From Squalus acanthias (Eukaryota): 64,000 bases of DNA. Shown here in pieces: positions 12,000-24,931 of the stretch (positions are counted from its first letter, which is position 1; every line of letters starts with the position of its first letter). The DNA is taken from contig CM059432.1 of the NCBI GenBank assembly GCA_030390025.1, forward strand, positions 147,996,001 to 148,060,000, written 5' to 3'. The notes beneath the pieces are model-generated. The model saw only the letters and a list, made by a program, of their open reading frames with translations, was not told the origin of the DNA and searched no databases. The position numbers were made by a program, and so were the translations under genes.

Positions 12000-12480
12000 T
12001 CTCTCCCATTTAATAACCCAGTCAATGAATAGTGAGCAGCATTCATCCATATCCATATCAAACCACATCCATACTAAGATAACAAAGTCCCTCTCTGGTC
12101 ATACAGGGCACAGCACAAGGGCCTGAATGGTAACATGGGTGCAGATTCTGGGAAATACCGCAGTTGTGTAGAATAGTGTTGACCAATGCTGCTGCTGTTG
12201 GTCAATGGATAAAGTGGTTAAGTTGTTGCCCTGGCTGAATAATGCATCTGTGATCTCCTTGATACATCTGTGGACCTCAAACTGACTGACACTGCAGACG
12301 TCCCCTGTGCTAGCTTGGACGTAACCTGACACATAAAAATTGAGAGCCAAGCTAACTTTGATGGCTACCTTTGTGCTGAGGTCTCCCTGAAGAAGGTAGT
12401 GTAGATCTAACAATACCTCCCAGCTAAATCACAGCCTCCATAGATACATCTGCTCCATAGCTACCAGGTATCATTTCTTT
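12000..12480 (-). pseudogene. Old Harbinger transposase remnant
   Basis: KVSLALNFYVSG..QASTGD..VSQFEVHRCIKEITDAL HARBI1-like segment. Ends approximate. Confidence 0.75.
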
Positions 12481-14237
12481 GTCCTGGCTGTGTAGCAGAG
12501 CAGTGTGACCTGTAAGCCATGCATGCCACCTGGCAACCTGACAACCCTTTCGTGCTATTCCCAGTCCAGTGCTAGTGGAGCACTGAATATTGCCACCTTA
12601 GTTCCCAAGAAACAAAAATGTGCAAAGAAAACATGTGACTGAAATTGGCCTGTGGCGATAGTGCTAAACAGGGGATAGCGAACTGATGGCTCGTTTTATG
12701 CCCCGTCCAATTTCCTTTCCATTGATTTCAATGTAACCTGGGCTGCTGATTCACACAGTTGCTTTTTGGTCATCATACTTTAAAAAAGACCGACATACTT
12801 TGGAACAGAGAAGGGCAAGGAGATTGATCTCAGGAGGGGGTGAACTAGAAGAAAACTTTGGAGAATATCCAGCTCTATGTCCTCACCTGTTGTGGTGCAA
12901 AAATGATGTCATATGGCTATTCAAACCAGCAATGACAACATTTTGTTTTAAATTTCCAAATGTTGCCTAAGACTATCAGGGCCAGCTTACCCTGTGAGAG
13001 GTGGGTCGAAGGCAGACCTAGCATGCTCCTTCAAAGCAAGCCAGAATATGAAAAATAAATTAAAAACAGATATGCCAGCAGAAACTCTTTATTCAAGGAG
13101 TGCCTGTTCAGTATAATCTCCTAACACAGTCTTCGTCTTCTGTGTGAAGTAACACATGGTGAAATCCATTTCTTTCGCTGCTTTGCATTGAGCAGAATGT
13201 GCTCTGGGTTGTTTCTGTAACAAAGTCCCTTTTCCTATGGACAGGTTGTAAGCCTGACTCACAACTCCCTACCAGGAGAAACGGCTAGCGGTGCTGGGGG
13301 TCACCGCTCCACGCCCATCGGACGCGAGTACCCTGCTGGATCTTACCCCAGAATTCAGAGGCCGGAGCACTGGTCTCCTGCTCGCTGGGGCTTCCCAGCA
13401 CAGTGGAAGAGATGCATTTATTTTTTGGTCGGTCTGATGTCTGGCACACACAGAAAGCCATCACCAAGGGCTTAATTTACCTCCAGTATCCTGCCTAAAA
13501 TTAGCTAGGAAAGCATTGGAAAATGCGGCAAAATTGGGCAGTAAATTCTACTGCCGTATTGCCGCTTTGATCTCAGTTTTCCTCCTTCTGGCCCCCTTCA
13601 GGAAGGCTGCCGACTGCCACCTCCCCGCTCACCACATATAAATGCAAATAAATATAAAGGAGGGACCTAGCAAGCCACCCCAATTCCCTGCTTACTGCTG
13701 TTGTTGCTCCAACCCCATTGACCATCAGGAGAAAGGTAGTGATGTTCCTTAGAGTAAAAGTAGCAAGAAACCTAAATCATCTTGTTTTCTCTGTCGGTAG
13801 AATGCACTTACATTTTTAGCCCCTGATCTTGGCCGAGGCACCAAAAAAATCCTGAGTCCTCCTTTGAATCGTTGCCGGCTCCTTTAAATCTCCACCTACT
13901 GCACTGGCAGTCCCGCTGCAGCATTTCCAGAGTTCTATGGCCTTGCCGGGGAGTGCTCTCTCTTGGTGGAGGAGATCCCACTCTCTGCATAACAAACGAT
14001 CCTCCCCCGTCCCAAGTAAATGAGTCGGGCCACTGTGGGGGTCATAGAGGTGGGCAGAAGACCTGCCCCATCACCGTGCCACCAGGAAGAGGATAATCCA
14101 GCCCCAAGTTTCCAAACCAAGCTATTGTGAACTTCACACAGGTAGTTTCTGTTTGACCAATACAGAGTGCACACTCTCTCCCCATAAAGACACACCCCAC
14201 TCACCCAAGTTCAGCTGCACAGATTTGCAGAGACAAA

Positions 14238-14489
14238 GGGCTGGATTTTGATACTGGTGCAGGTTGGGGTCATGTCATCCACTTTTCGTGTTATCCACCC
14301 GACTGCAATTGGATGTGGGAGATTGATGCAATTTTCACTTAATTGGGCAAGTGGGAACCCATGAACTAATTAGTGGTTTCAGTCTGAATGTCGCCTCTGA
14401 TGATGTCATCATTGCTGCAGCATTGCAGGTCAGAGACTGCCTGGCTTTTGGTGTGAGAGGACCTGGATGCAAAATGAGCAGCAGCTCTA

Positions 14490-14531
<42 letters not shown>

Positions 14532-14879
14532 ATATGAGAATCTGTTATAATAGTGGACCTGATAGTCAGCTATCCACTTGTGCTCCCACCAGGTTTCACT
14601 GGCGTGTTTCACATCAGGCGTGCTTCACGTCGGAAAAGGGTTAAACTAGCTAAAAAGTTTCAAAATGGCATTACAGAGCCAATTTAGGGCTTGTTAAGGG
14701 CTTTAATGGCCTCTCCCGCCTCTTGGAGGCGGAACGGAGTCGGGAACACCGCACACGATTTTATCAAAATTGTGTGGAGGCGGGTTGGAGGCGGGATGGG
14801 GTCGGGACCCCCGAATCTGCAACTTTAACCCCCCACACGCCGCCAAACCCGACTCCACAGGTCATTGAAAATCCAGCCC
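14238..14879. mobile_element. Harbinger-type MITE
   Basis: Perfect 12-bp TIR GGGCTGGATTTT; AAA on both flanks (3-bp TSD); internal (GA)n at ~14492-14526. Confidence 0.8.
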
Positions 14880-15579
14880 AAAGCTTTGGGGCCTCTAGGT
14901 GTGTGCAGGGGTACTACAGGAGCTTAACCAGTTAAAACAACATCACATACTAGCACAGAGCTCCCTCCTGTTTATCCAGCCAGAACTATCATCCATCACG
15001 GGTATTAGCTTGCAAGATCATCCAGACCAAAATGGAAAGAATCCCAGCCCCCAGTAATGGGTCCACCCCTCTAGGATCCACTAATAACTGAGACTGGCTG
15101 GTCAATCATCAACATTGTCCACAAGCACTGCAGAAGTCAGATTACTGAAGGTTGACTAGGTTACAAACTTCCATCACCAGGCATGTCATCCTGGAGCCAA
15201 TGAACTTCAAAGAGACCTCCGCTTACCTCCTCCTCCAAGGAGGCTAGTCATTGGTTGACCAGTAGACAGCTGATATGTGTTAGAATCCTCTGTGGATGAA
15301 TAGCAGGTGCTGCAAGCTCCTCACGAGCAGCGACAAAACATTAAGGGATCAATTATAGAGTTTGGCCTTCCTGATACAGAGCTTCATATACTGGGAGTGC
15401 ATAACAGGGATTTTAGACTACAAATCAGATACCTTGGGACCTCTGCACCCAAGTTCCCAGTATGTGCTCCCATCCACACAAAGCCCTTTGCCGGGAGTAT
15501 TAATCCCTAACATGTCAGCCTTGGCCTGTGGGGTCATAGTAGCAGGTAGAAGTCCTGCCCCATCCCTACGCCACCAGCA

Positions 15580-15995
15580 AGAGCCAGAAGGTTGTGGGTT
15601 CAAGTCCCACTCCAGTGACTTGATCACATGATCTAGGCTGACACTTCAGTGCATTATTGAGGGAGGGCTGCACTGTCGGAGGAACTGTCTATTGGATGAG
15701 ACATTAAACCGTCTGCTCTTTCAGGTGGATGTAAACGTTCCATGGTACTATTTGAAGGAGAGCAGGGGAGTTCTCCTGGTGTCCTGGCCAACATTATCTA
15801 TCAACCAAGACCTAAAACCGATAATCTGGTCATTTATTTAATTGCTGTTGTGGGAGCTTGCTGTGCGTTATTTGGCTGCCTCGCTCTCTAAATTACAACA
15901 GTGACTACACTTAGAAAGTATTTCATTCACTGTAAAGTGCATTCGCGCATCCTGAGGTCATTAAAGGTGCTATATAAATGCGAGTTCACTCTTTC
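15580..15995 (+). mobile_element. Deu-domain tRNA-derived SINE (SacSINE1-like)
   Basis: B box GGTTCAAGTCC, Deu-like core (GGATGAGACATTAAACC..CAGGTGGATGTAAA), L2-like tail GCTATATAAATGC. Confidence 0.75.
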
Positions 15996-16187
15996 ATTTA
16001 CCGTTAGATCACTTAAATTAGTGATGGGATGCTGAGATAAAAAGTTAGAGCACGAGAGTGATGAACTTTGAAATTCACTGGGCTGAATAGCCTTTTCTCT
16101 ACCTTTCCTTTAATGTTCTTATGAGTATGTCATTTGTGTAAAAACATGATTTATGTTGGATTGCACAAACACCACTTCCTGAGTCTT

Positions 16188-16676
16188 GGGTGCGATCTTG
16201 CCAGCCCTTAGGAAGCGGGTATGGAGGCGGGACTACCGGGAAAATGGCAGAATTCGGGGACTGGTGCCCAACCCACCTCCGTGCCATCTTCCCAGGAGGC
16301 GGGTAGCCGTCCCGCGCCGGGTCCTGTCTCCTTGGAGGCGGAAAGGGATTAAAGCCTATTAACTGCCTGTTAACAGAGTCTCGGACCTCCACGTTGGAGA
16401 TGACAGATGGCCAGAGAATGTCAGTGTATGACAGCTTCACAGAGCTGTCAAACGATGACAATTCATCTGTCAAAAATTTTCGACAGATGAAACGTCATAC
16501 GTTGACGTTCTCTGCAACCGGCTTTCCCTTAATTGGTCTGCTCAGCCCGCTGGGCGGGCTTAACAAGGCCAATCAAGGGAAAATAGTGTGGGTTGGCCAG
16601 AAGTTGTTGGAGGCGGGACTGAAACCCAACAAGTGGGAGTCCCGCCTCCAAAAGCTCCCCATTGACAAAATCACCC
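16188..16676. mobile_element. MITE-like element with imperfect TIRs
   Basis: GGGTGCGATCTTGCCA ... TGACAAAATCACCC; repeated GGCGGG motifs; resembles the start of the 62747 element. Confidence 0.55.
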
Positions 16677-17116
16677 TGTCTCAATTTTTTTCACAAAGAG
16701 GAGTGATATCAGTAGGAATCCCTGCTTGTACCCCATGCCAACTGAAAGTAAGGGTGCATTTGCATAACTGATGTAACTCCGTCCACAAAATGTCATCAGA
16801 AGTCTCCACCTGTACGGCACTTTCTATTTTAATATCAACGGTAAATTTAACGAGCCTCCAGTTGTTTTCTGCACCCCGATCTTCACTGCCTTCCTACGGT
16901 ATTCCACTCAGTATACCACCTCCTGCGTCACCCCCAGCCACCCCCCACTCTAGTCTGACAATACAGCCCAATGGGGTTTTCTGCTTCTATGCTCACAAGC
17001 CTACTATTTTATGCTCATTAAAATAAATGGATGGAAAATCGTGACCGAGTGAGAACAGATCCAGGAAACGCAGCCAACACTTGTCAAGAGTTGGCTGAGT
17101 TTCTGTTACTATTTCT

Positions 17117-19713
17117 TATAGAATCATAGAAATTTACGGCGCAGACGGAGGCCATTCGGCCCCTCATGTATGTGCCGGTCGATAAAGAGCTATCCAGCCT
17201 AATCCCACTTTCCAGCTCTTGGTCCGTAGCCTTGCAGGTTAAGGCACTTCCAGTGCATATCCAAGTACTTTTTAAATGTGATGAGGGTTTCTGCTTCTAC
17301 CACCCTTTCAGGCAGTGAGTTCCAGACCCCCACCACCCGCTGGGTGAAAAAAGTTCTCCTCAACTCCCCTCTAATCCTTCTACCAATTACTTTAAATCTA
17401 TTCCCCCTGGTTATTAACTTCCCTGCTAAGGGAAATAGGTGCTTCCTTTCCACTCTATCTAGGCCCCTCATAATTTTATACACCTCAATTAAGTCTCCCC
17501 TCAGCCTTCTCTGTTCCAAAAAAAACAGACCCAGCCTATCCAATCTTTCCTCATAGCCAAAATTCTCTCATCCTGGCAACATCCTTGTAAATCTCCTCTG
17601 CACCCTCTCTAGTGCAATCACATCTTTCCTGTAATGTAGTGACCAGAACTGCACGCAGTACACTAGCTGTGGCCTAACTAGTGTTTTATACAGTTCTAGC
17701 ATAACCTCTCTGCTCTTATATTCTATGCCTCGGCTAATAAAGGAAAGTATCCCGTATGCCTTCTTAACCACCTTCTCTACCTGTCCTGCTACCTTCAGGG
17801 ATCTGTGGACATGCACTCCAAGGTCCCTCTGTTCCTCTACACTTTTCAGTGTCCCACCATTTATTGTGTATTCCCTTTCTTTGTTAGCCTTCCCCAAATG
17901 CATTATCTCACATTTCTCTGGGTTGAATTCCATTTGCCACTTTTCTGCCCACCTGACCAGTCCATTGATATCTTCCTGCAGTCTGCAGCTTTCTTCCTCA
18001 CTATCAACCACACGGCCAATTTTTGTATCATCTGCAAACTTCTTAATCATGCCCCCCTACATTGAAGTCTAAATCATTGATATATAGCACAAAAAGCAAG
18101 GGACCCAGTACTGAACCCTGTGGAACCCCACTGGAAACAGCCTTCCAGTCACAAAAACACCCGTCGACCATTACCCTTTGGTTCCTGCCTCTGAACCAAT
18201 TTTGGATCCAACTTGCCACTTTCCCTTGTATCCCATGGGGTTTTACATTTTTGATTAACCTGCCATGTGGGACCTTATCAAAAGCCTTGCTAAAATCCAT
18301 GTAGACTACATCAAATGCACTACCTTCTTGACCCTCCTCGTTACCTCCTAAAAAAATTCAATCAAGTTAGGCAGACATGACCTTCCCTTAACAAATCAAT
18401 GCTAACTGTCCTTGATTAATCCGTGACTTTCTAAATGACGATTTATCCTGTCCCTCAGAATTTTTTCCAATAATTTTCCCACCACCGAGGTTAGGCTGAC
18501 TGACCCATAATTACTCAATCTATCCCTTTCTCCCTTTTTAAACAATGGCACAATGTTAGCAGTTCTCCGGCACCACACCTGTAGCCAGAGTAGATTGTCA
18601 AATGGTCAGAGCCTCCGCTATTTCCTCCCTCGCCTCTCTTAACAGCCTGGGACACATTTCATCCAGGCCTGGAGATTTATCTACTTTCAAAGATGCTAAA
18701 CCTCTTAATACTTCCTCTCTCCCTATGTTTATCCCATCTAATATTTTACACTCCTCCTCCCTGATTGCAATGTCTGCATCATCCCTCTCTTCTGTGAAGA
18801 CAGATGCAATGTATTAATTAAGAACCATATCTACGTCTTCCGCCTCCACACACAGGTTACCTTTTTGGTCTCTAATAGGCCCTACTCTTTCCTTAGTTAT
18901 CCTCTTGCTCTTGATGTATTTATAAATCATCTTTGGGTTTTCTTTGATTTTACTTGCCAATATTTTTTCATGCCCTCTCTTTGCTTTCCTAATTTCCTTT
19001 TTTTTAATCACCCCTGCACTTTCTATACTCCTCCAGGCTTTCTGTAGTATTGAGCTCTCGATATCTGACAAAAGCTTCCCTTTTTTTCCTTATCCGACTC
19101 TGTACGCTCCTTGACATCCAGGCGACTCTAGGTTTGGGAGTCCCACCCTTTTTCTTTGTGGGAACATATTTGCTCTGGACCCTCACTATCTCCTCCTTGA
19201 ATGCCTCCCACTGCTCTGACACTGATTTACCTTCAAGTAGCTGTTTCCAGTCCACTTTTGCTAAATCACATCTCAACTTAGTAAAACTGCCCTTTACCCA
19301 ATTGAGAACTTTTACTCCTGGTCTATCTTCATCCTTTCCAACTGAATTATGATCACTACCACCAAAATGCTCTCCCTCTGATACCCCTTCCACCTGTCCA
19401 GCTTCATTGCCTAAAACTAAGTCCAGAACCGCCCCCTCTCTTGTTGGTCTTGTTGCGTACTGGCTAAAAAAGTTCTCCTGAATGCATTTTAAGAATTCTG
19501 CACCCTCTATACCTTTTATCCTAATTCTACCCCAGTTAATATTAGGGTAGTTGAAATCTCCTACTATTACTGCTCTACTGTTTTTGCACTTCTCAGAAAT
19601 TTGCCTACACATTTGCTCTTCTATCTCCCTCTGACTGTTTGGGGGTCTATAGTACACTCCCAGCATTGTGATAACCCCTTTTTTTTTCTTCAGTTCAACC
19701 CATATGACCTCAT
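17117..19713 (-). mobile_element. CR1 LINE, ORF2 (APE end + RT) with frameshifts and 3' tail
   Basis: GVYYRPP..VGDFNYP..LDLV..SDH (APE); DFSKAFDKV, GVPQGSVLGP, KFADD (RT); (TTCTATGA)n tail. Confidence 0.95.
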
Positions 19714-22580
19714 TTGATTATGAGGATTGCGCAGGAGCCAGCTTGCCAGAAGGCGGGGTCGCACAGTAGTACTGCTGCAGAGAACTCAGATGATGACTTT
19801 GATGGGCCAGGCTACAGAAGAAGGCTGATGGGTGTACATAACCAAATGCTTGGTGCCTGCCAGAAAGCCTGTGTTCAATGTGAAGGAGCATGGAGGATTC
19901 CGGCTCCAACTTGGCACAGGGCTTTGTGCAGGGCGTAGAGCCCATCCTTTCCAAAATGGAATGGATGGCTAACTCCAGCAGCACACCTGTGGACCCAACC
20001 ATGATGCAGCGTCTGATTGCCAATGTCACGGCTTCCATTACAGCAAAAGCAGCAACCACGCAAAGTCTGAGTGCTGCAGCAGAAGCTCAGAAAGGAGTCA
20101 TGCAATCTCTGCTTGCTGGCATGGAAGATCAGACTGCTGCCATCATAGCTCTGGAAACCTCTATTCAAAGGGGCTTCCAGGGCATCACTTACTCCAGCAA
20201 TCAGCTCTCCAACAGACTACTAGGATTGCTGAGATGCCATCTCGGGACATTGGCAGTGGCTCCATGGAGTATGAGCCTTCTGTCCTCTCTCGAGCTGACA
20301 GCATTCATAATCCCACCACTGCCACTCCAACAGTGTCCTTGATGTTGTCTGTCAGCCAGCCCAGACTGCTGCCGTCCATGCCAAGATGGTGTAGACTACA
20401 GCCGGGCCTTCTAGGCCCAGAGCTGCTCGAGGTTGCCCTCCAAGACCATCTGCAGTCTTCTCCACTGAAAGTCAGCAGCTTTCCACCAGCCATGCTGTAG
20501 CCATTGGGGAAGCACCTCGTAGAAGCACTAGGACAGGCAAAGGAACATGGAAGAGGCACTAAGGGAACGCACAAGGGTGATTATTTTTGTATGCACTATG
20601 GCATGATTTAATTTATAAATTTGGATTGGAATGTGTATTTTGTGTTGGCTTTTATTTTTGCATTTTGGGAAAGAGGATGGTCAGTGACAGAGGGAAGGAA
20701 AGACGTGTGGGAGTGTTGGTGAATGGGGGATTGGGGTTGAGGTTACTGGTATCACTCATAAATTATTTGTTCACGTACAGCCCAGGCAGAAAGGGGCTTT
20801 ATAGTTTGCAGCCTCCCTTCCTCTTTCTCCTCTTCATCCTCCTCCTCTTCTACATCCTCCTCCTCTTCTACATCCTCCTCCTCTGCCTCCTTCTCCGCCG
20901 CCTCCTCCTCCGCGTGTTACTGCTCCTCAGCTTCTCACATGTCAGGTGGTGGCAAGGGTTGTTCCCTCATGATGACAAATCTTGAGACCCGCTCAGCCAA
21001 GTACTGTAGGATTTCTCCAGAGCAGTCCAGGCAGTGGAATTGTTGCTTCAGGACGCCACTGGTCGGCTCCATCAGCTTTATTGTGGCAGCATGGCTCTCA
21101 TTGTATGCCTGCTGTGCACGTGTGCCTGAGTTGCAGACCAGAGTCAAGAGCCACATCATCAGCGGATAAACCCTGTCACCCTGTAATCACCCTTTGGTTT
21201 GCCGTGATGGCTGAAATACAGCTGGCACAGAGCACTGCCGCAGAATGAACGCATCATGATTGCTGACAGGATACGTGGCATTGAGCTGCATGATGTGCTG
21301 CCTGTGGTCACACACCAGCTGCACATTGAAGGAGTGGAATTCCTACGGTTCAGGTACATGACAGAGTTGACATGGGGCACTCGCAAAGCAATGTCAATGA
21401 CACCCTGCACCATGGGGAAGTCTGCAACCTTTGCAAACCCTAGTCCTCACTCCGCCTGCTTCTCTCTGGCAAGAGGGAAGGAGATGAAGTTGTCTCTCTT
21501 TGCATAGCGAGCCCCAGTTAACTCCTTTATGCAGCAGTGCACTGCAAACCGAGAGATGTTGGGCCAAAAATTCGGCCCTTCCCGGGTGAGTACGCACTGT
21601 GTACTTACCCGTAAGGCGTCCTGAAGTGCCGGTTTCCTGCATGCACTGCGCATGCGCGGGAAACCGGAACTTCCGGTCTGGTGAAGGGGGCGGTTCCTAG
21701 GTGAACCGCGTGCGCGGTAGAGGCTGCGCGCACGCAGCAAACTTAGGTTTTTTTTCAGGTTTCTACGGGAGGGTAAGTATTGAAGAACCTGCGCTTTTAA
21801 AAAGGAGGCGCAGGATCCGTTTTCAAGAAGGTAAGTGGTTAATTAATTATAATTAAAAAAAAATTTCAACAGGTTTATCTTTTTTAGATACTTTAAAGAA
21901 AGGTAAGTTTATTTTTAGCACTGTTAAAAAGTATTTTAATTTTTTCAAAAATTTAAATTTTTCTTTAATTTATTTAACTATAGTTATTTTATAAATGTGA
22001 TGGTTTTTTTTAAATTTATTTTAAGTTTAGCTGTTCTTTTGGGGCCGATTTCAATTCACAGATTTGACAGGTCTTCCTGTCAAATCTATGAATGAAAGAT
22101 GGTCTGCTGCCATTGGCTCTCCATGGCCCACGTGATCCCAGGGGACGCATCGCACTAACTGCGCCCCTGGGACACGCAAGCACTGCGCGCCGGCACTTGG
22201 AGCAGGCCCAGGAGCTGAAGTTCCCGTGGGCCCAGAGGTCAACGGCAGGCGCGGTGGGTAAGTGCGCGCGCGATCCTTACCCCCGCGGCAAGCCGGAGAG
22301 GCGAATTTCAGGGCCGTTGCTTTTATCTCCAGCAGCAGCTTGGAAGAAGCCAGTTCATAGCAACTGTCACCTTGACAGCCACAGGCAATGTGATCCTTGC
22401 CCTACTGTGAGGTTGGAGTTGTGGCTTCATCAGGTGGCAGTTTTCAGTGATGACCTCTTTGGTGAAACGCAGACATTTCAAGCATTGTTTGTGGCTGAAG
22501 TTCAGGTCGGAGAATTGCTCCCTAAACACCCTCTGTAGATATGGCAGCTCCGAGGGTTTTCCCAAGCCATGTTTTCCTCA
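19714..22580. mobile_element. Decayed Harbinger: transposase (-, ~22565-20800) convergent with 3' half of partner gene (+, ~19714-20580)
   Basis: RVFRE..LRFTKE..VKVTVAMN; QGVID; YNESHAAT..LKQQFHCLD. Partner region matches 52171-53000 and also ends HKG. Confidence 0.85.
21561..22315. mobile_element. MITE nested in Harbinger transposase
   Basis: Ends GGGCCAAAAATTCG / GGCCCTGAAATTCG (rc); GTT TSD at 21558-21560 and 22316-22318; transposase continues either side. Confidence 0.88.
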
Positions 22581-24931
22581 CCTAAATCAGTAAGTTTTTG
22601 ATAAAGAATGATAGAGCGAAGAAAGAACCAGAGTGAGGAAAAAAAAAATTAACCGATGGATTGATAAAGGTTTCAAAAAGGAATGTTTGGCAGATGATCT
22701 CCAAGTAGAGAAAGGATTAGGAATGAACGTTGGCTGGTTAAGTGTTTAACATGATAGAATAAACTTGTATTGTGTATCACAATAGTTTGTTTAATAGCTC
22801 AAGTCTTTGAGCACAGTGTGAGAGTAAATTGGCAGTATAGCAATAGAGAGAAATACAGTACCTACCCCTTCTCAGTTCATGCTGGGTATTACTTATTAGG
22901 TTATTGCTACACAGGTACTTGTCCAGCCCATTCCTTAACATTATTTCCATTGTTTTTACCCATTATTGATGTTGGCTAATGGGTGTATTTTCATCCCTCA
23001 ACTGTACTTATAGAAAATAATCATTAAGTATTTCTGCCACTTGCCCTTCATGTTCAATTACTCCACTATTTGTTAACCTTTAAAGATCTTGCATCCTCTC
23101 TAATCACCATTATACTATTACTGCTAGATTTCTCATGACACTGTTCAGATCCTGAAGTGCAGATTTTGATGTTTACGACAGTCCTGCTGTACCTTAACTG
23201 GGGCATCAGGCTACCCAGCAAATTAACTGAAGCAATACATCACAGGGGAGATGTAGGAACCATGTCCAGTAAATCAGCTGAAGGGTGCCTTTGAGATTCG
23301 TAGGGTAAATACCCTGTAAACTGTTTGAAATTTGCCCAAAATGAAGTTTTAGTTTGAAAGCAGCCCACTTAAAATGGAGTTCAGTTGTTGAACTCAATCT
23401 GGGATATAGCTAAGCTAACAGCTTTCTCACTTATCTCAAACAATGGAAGTTCCCAAGTAATCAAGCCATAAAACCTCTAAGGTAATTACACCAGGAAGAT
23501 TTGTCTATATACAAGTTATTCCTTAATGGTGTCAAAAAACCCTTTGGAAAACTCAAACCAATCAGATTAACACCTAATAGGACACAAACATGTCACATCT
23601 CCCCATGAGAAATGCAAGATGGATAGGGGAAAGGGGGCCATGAACTATAGACACAAAGTTTGTCCTGTTAGGGTAAACCTATACTTCAATATTTCAGGTC
23701 TCCACATTTATCAAAGGTGATTGACACCAGAATGGACAAACCGCTTCGGCACATGCGTCACTTGGATTGGTCGAGGGAATGTTGGAGACTTTCCTTTGAA
23801 ATTAATATATACAAATCACCCCTGCAGAATATCTGCAGTAGAGTTGTAAGAGCAGAAGCCCTTTGTCTTTGCTAGATGAAGTCTCTTGTAGATTTGGTTT
23901 CCTTTGTTAGTTAAGATAATCTTTTGTTCTCTAGTCTCCTTTAAACGACTTTTGCCAAGCAGATTTATAAAGGGCACTTTTATAAGTGAATTCAGGACAA
24001 ATGGTGAGTTATGAAAATGAAATTAAATGGCTATACTAGCCAGTTGCAGACAAAGCTAAGAGTGTTGATTAATTGTGAATAGTTTGAGATCAAGAAAGGT
24101 GAGCATGAAGCCAGCTCAGATATCATCGCCTGTGTGTAAGGTAGGTTCAGCCAGAACTAAAGATCCAAGTGCAACAGATAACCACGCTGTTGAAAGGAGC
24201 AAATAGACTGGACGATCCAGAAACTAACGCCTGCATCCCAGGGAAGGAAGGGGATTGGCTCAACCATGCTCCTATCAGTACAAGGCTATGTAAACTCTGA
24301 AACATTGCTAATCACCAGTATCTAGACGATAATCTATCCAGTAAACTGGCAGTCCAAAGCTATTAACTTGTCTGCTGTCTAAGGATTTACTCTTAGAGTA
24401 ATCTCCCCAATTTGTAATTTCATACTCTGATCACTGCTATAATGGATACAATCCATCTCCATTCTGTACACAAGTGTGACCCTGAGCTTCCGGTCGCCTG
24501 TCACTTTAATTCTCCGCTCCACTCCCACTCTGATCTCGCTGTGCTCGGCCTCTTACACTGTTCCAACAAAGCTCAACGTAAGCTCGAGGAACAGCACCTC
24601 ATCTTTCATTTAGGCACTTTACAGCCTTCTTGATTCAACATCGAGTTCAACAATTTCAGACCATAAACCTCTGACCCTATTTTTTCAGCTGTTGATGATT
24701 CTGCGATACCCATTTACACCTCTTCTAGACCCATCCTTTGTTTCTTTACTTGTCCCATTACCATCACCTTTGGCTTTGTACAATCATACCTCTTTTCATT
24801 TAATCACTCCTGCCTTTCACCCTATTACAGAACTTCACTTTTGTTCTTTCCTCCCTTCCCCCCTTTCCCTGCCCCTACACTTGCTTAAAATATGTTACAT
24901 CTCTAACTTTTTCCAGTTCTGATGAAACGTT

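Noticed and set aside
13855..15580. Two similar segments (~14020-14090 and ~15520-15580)
   Set aside because: Likely very old repeat or Harbinger fragments (GD..LLP..MTP-like); too decayed to call.
23480..24440. Possible solo LTR
   Set aside because: No TG..CA ends, TSD, PBS or second copy that I could verify.
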